Positions 8,604-15,734 of a stretch of 21,507 nucleotides of DNA are shown one piece after another. The stretch is from an uncultured Candidatus Saccharibacteria bacterium (GTDB taxonomy: Bacteria > Patescibacteriota > Minisyncoccia > Phycocordibacterales > 2-01-FULL-51-21), in assembly GCA_964348955.1 (NCBI GenBank), contig CAYGEN010000001.1, positions 1,273-22,779 of the forward strand, written 5' to 3'. The notes under the pieces were generated by a model. That model saw nothing but the letters and a program-made list of their open reading frames with translations, searched no databases and was not told where the DNA came from. The first letter of the stretch is position 1. The number at the start of each line of letters is the position of its first letter. A program made the position numbers and the translations under genes.

Positions 8604-8863
8604 GTGAGTTAGTGTAGCATATCTTCTTCTTTTTGAGAATCTATGCTTTATCTATGTTTTTATGTATGCGGGCTCTTTTTCTTGCTCGCGAATTTTATAT
8701 AATCGTCTGTGGTATGGATCAATTATATAAAAAGTTGTTGCTCATCGACTTTTGTGGAGTAATATACTACCTTTGAATGAAATCTTGGCACATCGCCTAG
8801 ATTGAAAATTGAAGAGGAACAGAGCTCTGTCCTTTGACACTCAACGACTGAAAAGAGTCGGAA

Positions 8864-9211
8864 ATGAAGACAAATTTCGTCTGCATCGAGACCGCAGTAA
8901 GCGACGCGCTTGCGCGCGAACTCGAAACGCCTCTCGTGCCGACAGTTGCTCGGCAAAAGGCGTCGCAAGCGTCTCTCGCCGTTGTTGCTGGCTTCGCCGT
9001 CCGCGACAAAGCCGTCGAGCAACGTGAAATCGAGAACTCGCGCAGTGAACGCCGGGCCAGCATCGCCCAGTATCGCAGCCATCGCGACGAGGTCGCTGCC
9101 GAACTCGACAAGCTCGGAATCACGCCTCTCGCCATCGTGCCGAAAACCGCATGGGGGGCGTATCTGCACCTCAAGCGGGCTGTTCCGGCTCGAACCGAAC
9201 GGCAACGGTGA
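8864..9211 (+). CDS. Hypothetical protein (115 aa) in a GC-rich segment. Possibly the 5' part of a frame-broken gene that continues in the +1 frame.
   Basis: This is the only reading frame in 8.8-9.2 kb with a protein-like, non-low-complexity composition. It has an ATG start and no recognisable family. Sampled 60-nt lines in this region have about 62% GC, versus about 45-55% elsewhere in the window. Confidence 0.4.
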   Translation: MKTNFVCIETAVSDALARELETPLVPTVARQKASQASLAVVAGFAVRDKAVEQREIENSRSERRASIAQYRSHRDEVAAELDKLGITPLAIVPKTAWGAYLHLKRAVPARTERQR

Positions 9212-9899
9212 AGTTGCTGTCTCGGACGCGCTACTCGGCGTTTTCGAAAAACGGGCGGCAGCAATCCTTAACGGACCCGCGCATCTCGCCGTTCTGTTCG
9301 CCCCGACTATCGCAAGTTGCGTCTACTTCGCCTTGGCCTTCGATTGGCCGTGGTGGAACACCGCATTAGTGACGTTCGGCACTCTCATCGCCTCGACAAT
9401 CTTTATGGATTTTCTGTTCATCAGCCGTGGCCGCGCCGAGTCCGACTGGAAAATAAACGCTTGGAAGAAGAAACTCGTGCGGTTACAAATCCGCCGCTTC
9501 TGCAAGAAGCCGTGGGAGCAAGTGCTCAAGGGTTTCTTCCCGAACGGCGTGAGTGAGAACGGCAATTTGCGAGCTCGTATCATCCTTCCAGAGCCACCGG
9601 CGGAAGTTGTCGCGACACTGCTCAACGCAAAGGGCCTCAAGCTTAAAGTCGCAGCAGTTGCCGAAGCGATTGCGTTCTCCGAAGCGCCAGAGAAAATTCT
9701 CGGGCGTGAGCGTGATGACCGACTCTTCGAGCAGTGGGAACGCGACCGGCTGGAGAAAATGCGCGAGGAACGGCTGCTGAAGGACCCCATCGTCTACCAC
9801 GAGCACGGTAGCGCGGTCGCAGTTATCGCCCAGTTCGGCGATTTTCCGGTCGAGCAGCGCGTCGTCGATGAGGTCGTCAACTCCGAATACCTCGTCTGA
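9210..9899 (+). CDS. Hypothetical membrane protein segment. The frame is open from upstream but lacks a canonical in-frame start until TTG ~9333, GTG ~9369 or ATG ~9405. It may be the frameshifted continuation of 8864..9211.
   Basis: Two predicted TM helices (AHLAVLFAPTIASCVYFALAF and ALVTFGTLIASTIFMDFLFI) are followed by a charged soluble C-terminal domain. Translation runs continuously in frame 3 up to the stop at 9897..9899. The frame-2 ORF stops at 9209..9211, right where frame 3 becomes protein-like. Confidence 0.4.
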   Translation, partial: EVAVSDALLGVFEKRAAAILNGPAHLAVLFAPTIASCVYFALAFDWPWWNTALVTFGTLIASTIFMDFLFISRGRAESDWKINAWKKKLVRLQIRRFCKKPWEQVLKGFFPNGVSENGNLRARIILPEPPAEVVATLLNAKGLKLKVAAVAEAIAFSEAPEKILGRERDDRLFEQWERDRLEKMREERLLKDPIVYHEHGSAVAVIAQFGDFPVEQRVVDEVVNSEYLV

Positions 9900-9933
9900 T
9901 CTTCGACTTCAACTAAATCCAGATATTCTGGTG

Positions 9934-9961
9934 CCGCGCAGGTTCGCCTGCGCGGTTTTTT
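9934..9961 (+). terminator. Rho-independent terminator after the 9899 stop
   Basis: A perfect 9-bp stem (ccgcgcagg-ttcg-cctgcgcgg) is followed by a TTTTTT run. Confidence 0.7.
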
Positions 9962-10074
9962 CATATCAAAGAATAAAGAATAGTTGTATGCGCTTCGCGC
10001 ATTCTCGAACCTAGTCCGTCAAAGAAAAATTTGATATTGTCCCAAGTACCATAACGCTTCGCGTTAGCTACGGG

Positions 10075-10110
10075 GCAGGCAGCGGTGCGGCTTTGCCGCC
10101 TGCATTTTTG
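10075..10110 (+). terminator. Second GC-rich nested hairpin followed by a T-run (terminator-like or sRNA 3' end)
   Basis: The element reads gcagg-c-agcggtgcggctttgccgc-cctgc followed by atttttg. The inner stem is gcgg/ccgc around tttg. A further hairpin (ccgcgcc-aaag-gcgcgg) lies at 10123..10139. Confidence 0.4.
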
Positions 10111-10471
10111 GCGGGGGTTCTGCCGCGCCAAAGGCGCGGTGGGTTCGCACTAATTCAAATATCCTGCACAATTCATAACTTGGTCGGAAAATTCGCACGC
10201 TCCGCGCGTGCGAAGCCAGTCAGTTTCTTGTTCAAAATAGGTTCGAGCAAAGCAGCGTAATACCGCACCAAATAAGAGCAGACGGCAGACGCATAACGTC
10301 TGCGAATTGCGCATCGTAAAATAGACTACAGACTTGTGTATGACTTTATGAGCAAAAGCGTACGATATATCGTACACTTTTTACTTGAGTGGGACTTGGG
10401 TGAGAGATATGTGGAGGCACGGGAGGAATTTCCGATTGCATAACTGAAGCAACTTACGTACTATGTTCCTA

Positions 10472-10544
10472 CCGCCCATAGCTCAGTTGGTAGAGCTGCT
10501 CCCTCTTAAGGAGAAGGTCGCAGGTTCGAATCCTGCTGGGCGGA
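10472..10544 (+). tRNA. tRNA-Lys, anticodon CTT, no CCA encoded.
   Basis: The sequence reads CCGCCCA-TA-GCTC-AGTTGGTA-GAGC-T-GCTCC-CTCTTAA-GGAGA-AGGTC-GCAGG-TTCGAAT-CCTGC-TGGGCGG-A. The acceptor and T-arms are perfect, and there is one G-A mismatch at 27:43. Confidence 0.8.
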
Positions 10545-10767
10545 CTTGTACGCAAGTCTGCCGACGCAAGCGAACTGCTTCGCTTGTGTGGACAGGATTG
10601 GAACGGCGGAGTATGTCCTCGGCTTGTTGAAGGAATGCGAGCCGCGTCCAGAGGCACTTAGTGAGTTGCTAGCCAGCAACGAGATTAGTGACCGCGGGAC
10701 GAATCCTGCTCTCTAGACTGTAAGGAAGTTCTTACAATGTAATTAAAATGTTTATTCGTGTTCATTC

Positions 10768-10849
10768 GCTGGGGTGGCGAAATTGGTAGACGCGCTAGCC
10801 TTAGGAGCTAGTGCCGCAAGGCATGGGAGTTCGAGTCTCCCCCCCAGCA
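10768..10849 (+). tRNA. tRNA-Leu, anticodon TAG, type II, no CCA encoded.
   Basis: The acceptor GCTGGGG pairs with CCCCAGC. The D-arm is of the long Leu type. The anticodon arm is CTAGC-CTTAGGA-GCTAG. The variable arm is TGCCGCAAGGCAT and the T-arm is GGGAG-TTCGAGT-CTCCC. Confidence 0.82.
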
Positions 10850-10962
10850 CTAGAAGTTATGTTTGCCAGTTTGCAGACACCTTTAAAACGCGTAGCTCCT
10901 ACCTTACCGCAAAGCAAAACGAGGGACGGCGGTCTTTCGGCTGCGTTTTAATGCACGCCTCT

Positions 10963-11998
10963 GAATTAGCACTCTAATTGCACCACTCACTTCTTCAGGA
11001 ATATGGTGCGCGGATTCTTGAATTCGAGCCGTTTCCGTGGGCGCTCGTTCAGTCTGCGCACCGCATGCGCAAGCTCCTCGGACGTGATCAAGTTGAAGTC
11101 GAGTGAGCTCGGGAAATACTGCCGCAAGAGGCCGTTTGTATTTTCGTTTGAGCCACGCTCCCAGAAGTGGTACGGGTATGCAAAGAACACGGTGGAGCCA
11201 CTCTTTTTCTCCAGTCTCTCCCAGTCTGAAAACTCAGGTCCGTTGTCGAGAGTGAAAGTCTTGCGCTTTGCTTTCGGAATACTGCGGAAGTGCTGGAGCG
11301 TGAGCGACGTGAGGAGTGCTGCGCGCATCTTGGGCAGAAGAAAAGCAATAAGGTATCCGCTCCGGCGATCCACAAAGGTCACGATGCGCACCCGCTTGTC
11401 ACGTCCCTGCACCGTGTCTCCCTCCCAGTCGCCAAGCCGGCCACGGCGCTCGACGACAGAAGGCCGTTCGTCAATACGACGCTTCTTTGCTTGCTCTCTG
11501 GTCCTCTCTCGTATCTTCGTCCCACGCCTCCTGCGGTATTTTCCTTTCTTTGAGCGCAGGAACTGCTTGAGGTGTGGAGCTCGTTCGTGGATGTATCGGT
11601 ATATGGTGCTAGCGCTCACGCACCGGAGAACACCCGCAATCTGTTCGGGCGACTGATGCTCCTTGAGGAGCTTCACGACGGTGCGCAAGAGCGCACCTTT
11701 CAGTATGCGAATGCCTTCCATGGCTGCAATGCGCGTCATACGCTTGCGTCGTCTCACCTCACGTATGTCATATCCTTCCCGACCGCCATGGTCACGCACG
11801 TGCCGAGAAACCACACTGTGGTCCTTGCCGATCGTCTCGGCTATTGCGCGAATACTGTATCCAGCCGTGAGCAATCGAACGATGACCGGCCATTCGGCCG
11901 GTCCAATGTGGGTATGTGCCATATGCACCGAAGTATGGGCGCCCACAAAGGTGGTGCAATTAGCCTGCAAACTTTGGTGCAATTAGGATGAGAATTCA
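10963..11998 (-). mobile_element. IS30-family insertion sequence (~1036 bp) with imperfect ~24-bp terminal inverted repeats
   Basis: IRR is at 10963..10986 (tgaattagcactctaattgcacca). IRL is at 11975..11998 (reverse complement tgaattctcatcctaattgcacca). These match at 20 of 24 positions, including a perfect outer tgaatt and an inner taattgcacca. A second subterminal copy of tggtgcaattag lies at 11954..11965. The flanking ct (10961-62 and 11999-12000) could be a 2-bp target-site duplication. Confidence 0.75.
10987..11920 (-). CDS. IS30-family DDE transposase. The ORF track extends to 11982, but the start is probably the ATG at 11920 (MAHTHIG...).
   Basis: An N-terminal HTH (RLLTAGYSIRAIAETIGKDHSVVSRHV) is present. 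The DDE motifs are GDWEGDTV, TLDNGPEF and ERGSNENTNGLLRQYFP, the last of which is IS30-typical. The 3' end overlaps IRR, as is usual for IS30. Confidence 0.9.
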
Positions 11999-12101
11999 CT
12001 GCCAATAAATTGACAGAGAGTAGTTTTTATGTATAATATTTTCAGATTGGTTTCATGACCAATAGCACTTTGACAAATACGTACATGATTAGGAGACAGC
12101 C

Positions 12102-13472
12102 ATGGCTACTCAACGAAAGCGAGGAGGCACTCCACGTCCACCAATAGCACCAAAAGACTGGACGGGGATTGCTAAGTTTGAGCTTAAACAACTCTTCAAT
12201 GAACTGCGAAGCATTGTTGGTTATACTGATGCGCACGGAAAGCGCCACAAAGGGTCACTCGAAAAAACGCTTGAGCTGGAAGCGCAAAACGCACCCGAGC
12301 TTGCGGAAAACAAAAATCTGTACTGGAAAGTAATCGGGTTCTACATCGGCATGCAAATTTCTCTCATCTTTGCGTGCTTTCGGTACAACCTGTACAGTCA
12401 TCCGCTAGCACTCGATGGCCTCACCATCAACATCGGGCTTACCGCTCTATTGTTCCAATTCGGCCACCTCATCGCATCATTGCGCTCAGTGGAAGTGGAC
12501 GAACTTGCCGGCGCCCTCTTCTTTGGACGGCCGACAACTAAACCAACAAACGGTCTATGGCTCATGCCGCTCGGATTACTTGCGCTTCTAAAAGAAAAAA
12601 GGATAATACGGGACTTCTTGTTTCCGGGCCCGCAGGAAAAAATCTTCCGCTTAACTACTGAGCAAGCAAAAAAAAGGGAGGATGGCGAAAACATCCCCCT
12701 GGACAAAGAAGGTAAACCACTCATGGTGAAGCCAATTTTCATCACTACTGGCAAACCACGTGGAGATGTTAGCGACAAAAGTGATACGCTGGACCGCCAG
12801 TTCACCATTGACGTCTCATGGTTTATCCAACTTCGGATGAGTGACAAGCATGGTGGTATCTTCCGAATCTATCGCAACATCGGCCGAGGAGAAGATGCTT
12901 GGGAGCAAGCCGAAAATCTCATTAAAGAGCAGGGGGTCAGGGCGCTCCGCGGAATTTTCACAACCCTTACCCCGGCAACCATCATCGCCAATGAAAAGCT
13001 GGTGTCTGACGTCTTCGCGCTCATCTTGACCGAAATCATGATGCGCCGCGGATTTCAAGTGATGGATGGCGGGATCACCGACCTCAACATAAGTCACGAG
13101 ACAAATATTGCGTTGCAGGAAGCACAAACCAGAGCGCCACTAAAAAAGCTGGCCACTATCATTGAGGCTGAAGGAGAGCGGGATCGGCTGACGGAAATCG
13201 GCAAAGGTGTAGCCGAAGCTGAACGACTGCGACTTGTTGCCCTCGGTGAGGGTTACAAGCGAATCAGAGATGCCACCGGTGTAAGTGGTGAAGCGGCACT
13301 TGCGTCGGAAACCGCAAAAATAGTCTTGGCAAATTCGGATACGGTTTTGATTGGCACCGATGGACTTAGGGAAGCTCTTGGCTTTCTTGTAACAGCCAAG
13401 AGCTTTTTTGAAAGGACAAGAACACCGCTGGGAATCGCAACCGAACCAACACAAACGGAAGGGAATGAGTAA
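12102..13472 (+). CDS. SPFH/band-7 (stomatin/HflK/C-like) domain protein, with an ~80-aa basic N-terminal cytoplasmic extension and two TM helices
   Basis: The 456-aa product has two TM helices (IGFYIGMQISLIFACF and LTINIGLTALLFQFGHLIASL). The SPFH core reads VEVDELAGALFFGRPT..GLWLMPLGL....FTIDVSWFIQLRMSD..IFRIY, followed by a long EA-rich helical region (AEGERDRLTEIGKGVAEAERLRLVALGEGY) that is typical of band-7 proteins. Confidence 0.8.
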   Translation: MATQRKRGGTPRPPIAPKDWTGIAKFELKQLFNELRSIVGYTDAHGKRHKGSLEKTLELEAQNAPELAENKNLYWKVIGFYIGMQISLIFACFRYNLYSHPLALDGLTINIGLTALLFQFGHLIASLRSVEVDELAGALFFGRPTTKPTNGLWLMPLGLLALLKEKRIIRDFLFPGPQEKIFRLTTEQAKKREDGENIPLDKEGKPLMVKPIFITTGKPRGDVSDKSDTLDRQFTIDVSWFIQLRMSDKHGGIFRIYRNIGRGEDAWEQAENLIKEQGVRALRGIFTTLTPATIIANEKLVSDVFALILTEIMMRRGFQVMDGGITDLNISHETNIALQEAQTRAPLKKLATIIEAEGERDRLTEIGKGVAEAERLRLVALGEGYKRIRDATGVSGEAALASETAKIVLANSDTVLIGTDGLREALGFLVTAKSFFERTRTPLGIATEPTQTEGNE

Positions 13473-14392
13473 TGGCGGGCGCAATTAAGATAGTCAGAGA
13501 CTGGCTCGGCAAACAATGGACCAAAACGAGCGGAAGGAGCCGCACAACGAATACGACAGCGGGGACTTGGCTAAAGGCAAATAGGTCTCTCGTTTCTGGT
13601 CTCTTTCTTGGACTTGTTCCTCTCCTGGCACTGTGGTTTTTTTCGCCAGCTGAAACAAGTCACGAAAGCCAAGGCTCACCAACACATTCCTCCGCAACGG
13701 AAAACGGAATACTGCTTGCAGTAATCATAGCCGCCGCCCTCATTATCCTATTGTTCTGGCAGCGACAAGCAGCATCAGCGGCATTAATCGGTGTTTTGGG
13801 TGGCAAACGCGCTGGAAGTGCGCTTAAGAGCATACTTAAGAGCACATGGGACTGGACCAAGGGAGAAAGGGCGTGGTCACTTCCGCTCCACCTAAGTGGA
13901 TTCATCCTGTTACATCTTGCGTTTGCAAACCTCTTCCCCGTAACATGGCACGCGTACTACGGAGGCGGGAGCAAGTTTTTCTTCCTCTCGCAGGCGCTTC
14001 TCTTGATGAGCGTAGCGCTACTCTCCATCAAGGGCGGGAAGGCAAAACTTCTGGCTCTTTCGCTACTCGCCATGCTTGCGATAAGCACTGTAAACTGGAT
14101 GGAAGAAAGTTTGTTTTGGCCGTCAGAGCAAACGGCCGACGTCTCGCCATTAAAAGTAGATACCGTGGTAGCGCCGGTAGGCAAACTGTCTCCGCCCATC
14201 AGTGTGCCGCTCAATTACTGTATGGATTGGACGGCCGCAAAAGAGAGCGAGCGAGAGCAATACGACGTGGTTACTGATGGAGTAGCCTACGAGGGAGGCT
14301 ATCCGAACGGGCGGCGCGCGCAGTTTCGCTCAAAGGTGGAATATCCGGTGCTCATACAGTACGAACTTTACCCAATGCCGTGCAGACGGTAA
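13472..14392 (+). CDS. Polytopic membrane protein of unknown function (5-6 TM), translationally coupled to the SPFH gene (TAATG overlap)
   Basis: The 306-aa product has several hydrophobic helices (LVSGLFLGLVPLLALWFF, ILLAVIIAAALIILLF, LSGFILLHLAFANLF, LLLMSVALLSI, LLALSLLAMLAISTV). The C-terminal ~90 aa are soluble. No family is recognised. Confidence 0.65.
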   Translation: MAGAIKIVRDWLGKQWTKTSGRSRTTNTTAGTWLKANRSLVSGLFLGLVPLLALWFFSPAETSHESQGSPTHSSATENGILLAVIIAAALIILLFWQRQAASAALIGVLGGKRAGSALKSILKSTWDWTKGERAWSLPLHLSGFILLHLAFANLFPVTWHAYYGGGSKFFFLSQALLLMSVALLSIKGGKAKLLALSLLAMLAISTVNWMEESLFWPSEQTADVSPLKVDTVVAPVGKLSPPISVPLNYCMDWTAAKESEREQYDVVTDGVAYEGGYPNGRRAQFRSKVEYPVLIQYELYPMPCRR

Positions 14393-14398
14393 TGGGTA

Positions 14399-14425
14399 GG
14401 CGAGGGTTAACAACCCTCGCTTTTT
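14399..14425 (+). terminator. Rho-independent terminator for the SPFH operon
   Basis: A stem gcgaggg-ttaacaa-ccctcgc is followed by TTTTT, 7 nt after the stop. Confidence 0.7.
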
Positions 14426-14474
14426 CTTTTCAACCGTTCTTTTTTAAGCTCCTTTTTGTAAAGAAAACTATGAA

Positions 14475-14729
14475 CTATGGCAGAGGCACACCAAAGGTTT
14501 TAGTAACAATGGCGAGAATGCCATAAAAACCAACCATAATAAACATGCCGATGACGCCCCAAACCATGTGCCGCTTCCCAGCGTTCCGCGCCTCGTCATT
14601 CTCGGCATTCAAAATAAATTGGAAAATGCCCCACATAAAAAAAACGAGTGCCGCCACAAAGAGCAGTTGAAGTATCGGATTAATAATAAAAATATTAATC
14701 CGCCCGATGAGCGCGCTGACCGAGTCCAT
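14475..14729 (-). CDS. Small two-helix membrane protein, a paralog of the pilin-like family (P1). It lacks the signal peptide.
   Basis: The 84-aa product aligns with the mature part of the 15262..15693 product. DSVSALIGRINIF..LLFVAALVFFMWGIFQFIL..NAGKRHMVWGVIGMFIMVGFYGILAIVTKTFGV matches DSVLRIFGDLIN..IVVALALLYFFWGLAKYIL..SGLNMMIWGIIALFVMVAVWGLVQVLVQTFNV. Confidence 0.6.
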   Translation of the reverse strand: MDSVSALIGRINIFIINPILQLLFVAALVFFMWGIFQFILNAENDEARNAGKRHMVWGVIGMFIMVGFYGILAIVTKTFGVPLP

Positions 14730-14751
14730 TATGATGAGTTAGGGCTTAAGA

Positions 14752-15084
14752 TTACCGAACAAATGGCACTTTGGTACCCCCACCCGCCTGTACATTAAAT
14801 GTTTGCACAAGCACCTGTACCAACCCCCACACGGCGACCATCACGAAAAGCGCGATGATACCCCATATCATCATATTGAGACCGCTTGCTTTTGACTCTG
14901 GGTCTCCGGTGGCAAGAATATATTTCGCCAAACCCCAGAAGAAGTAGAGGAGGGCGAGAGCGACAACGATTGGGGTCGCCTGATTGATGAGGTCGCCAAA
15001 TATCCTCAAGACACTATCAAGCGTCGCGGCAAATGCGATGGCGGGTGATAAGAACAGCGCGGTACTAATTAAGATTTTTTTCAT
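14752..15084 (-). CDS. Pilin-like small secreted membrane protein (P2), a truncated duplicate of P3
   Basis: The first 108 aa are identical to the 15262..15693 product because they are encoded within the 338-bp perfect repeat. The last two residues and the stop come from unique sequence at the repeat boundary. Confidence 0.55.
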   Translation of the reverse strand: MKKILISTALFLSPAIAFAATLDSVLRIFGDLINQATPIVVALALLYFFWGLAKYILATGDPESKASGLNMMIWGIIALFVMVAVWGLVQVLVQTFNVQAGGGTKVPFVR

Positions 15085-15095
15085 TTTGTATTAAA
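14758..15095. repeat. 338-bp perfect direct repeat, copy A (partner 15367..15704)
   Basis: Line-by-line comparison shows 100% identity over 338 bp, with the copy starts 609 bp apart. The boundaries lie at g/t before aacaaatggc and at c/t after cattttgtattaaa. Confidence 0.9.
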
Positions 15096-15261
15096 CTAAG
15101 ATACGCATTGATAATTTTAGGCAAATATTGCCACCACTCTTACTGAGAGCATACAATACCACTCTTACTGTGTACATATAGCGCCTGTGGACAGAAGCGA
15201 TACTGTGTCACCTATCCATAGTTGCCTCAAAAGGTATGGGTAACATTACCTTTTCCTTGGT

Positions 15262-15693
15262 TCATATCTCACAACCGGGAAGATTTGGATTGTCAATACA
15301 AAATCTTGAACCCCCACCCGATGCCTCGGGGTTAGACCCAAAAGGGGCTCCCCCAAACGGCTGTGTAACAAATGGCACTTTGGTACCCCCACCCGCCTGT
15401 ACATTAAATGTTTGCACAAGCACCTGTACCAACCCCCACACGGCGACCATCACGAAAAGCGCGATGATACCCCATATCATCATATTGAGACCGCTTGCTT
15501 TTGACTCTGGGTCTCCGGTGGCAAGAATATATTTCGCCAAACCCCAGAAGAAGTAGAGGAGGGCGAGAGCGACAACGATTGGGGTCGCCTGATTGATGAG
15601 GTCGCCAAATATCCTCAAGACACTATCAAGCGTCGCGGCAAATGCGATGGCGGGTGATAAGAACAGCGCGGTACTAATTAAGATTTTTTTCAT
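15262..15693 (-). CDS. VirB2/TrbC-like small secreted membrane protein (P3): Sec signal peptide, two hydrophobic helices and a Gly-rich tail
   Basis: The signal peptide is MKKILISTALFLSPAIAFA. Helix 1 is IVVALALLYFFWGLAKYIL, the loop is ATGDPESKASG, and helix 2 is IWGIIALFVMVAVWGLVQVLV. The C-terminal tail reads GGGTKVPFVTQPFGGAPFGSNPEASGGGSRF. This architecture matches T4SS pilin (VirB2/TrbC), but no HMM search was run. Confidence 0.6.
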   Translation of the reverse strand: MKKILISTALFLSPAIAFAATLDSVLRIFGDLINQATPIVVALALLYFFWGLAKYILATGDPESKASGLNMMIWGIIALFVMVAVWGLVQVLVQTFNVQAGGGTKVPFVTQPFGGAPFGSNPEASGGGSRFCIDNPNLPGCEI

Positions 15694-15704
15694 TTTGTAT
15701 TAAA
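15367..15704. repeat. 338-bp perfect direct repeat, copy B
   Basis: Identical to 14758..15095. It covers the 5' 326 nt of the P3 coding sequence plus 11 nt upstream of it. Confidence 0.9.
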
Positions 15705-15734
15705 TAAAAAAAATGATGCGTGTTGATTTAGAGA

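Noticed and set aside
8723-9264. Minus-strand ORFs 8723..9205 and 8797..9264 in the GC-rich segment
   Set aside because: Both have an Arg/Ser/Cys-rich low-complexity composition typical of out-of-frame GC-rich DNA. The plus-strand frame 2/3 reading is much more protein-like.
10469-10977. ORFs 10469..10657 (minus) and 10774..10977 (plus) across tRNA-Lys and tRNA-Leu
   Set aside because: They overlap canonical tRNA cloverleafs and have no protein-like features.
11003-11991. Plus-strand ORFs inside the IS30 element (11003..11656, 11572..11991, 11663..11986)
   Set aside because: They are antisense to the intact IS30 transposase and have no recognisable domains.
14758-15704. Whether the 338-bp repeats could be a CRISPR array or IS element
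   Set aside because: There are only two copies, each 338 bp long and wholly protein-coding (the 5' 326 nt of the P3 gene), and they lack terminal inverted repeats. This is a segmental gene duplication, not a CRISPR array or IS.
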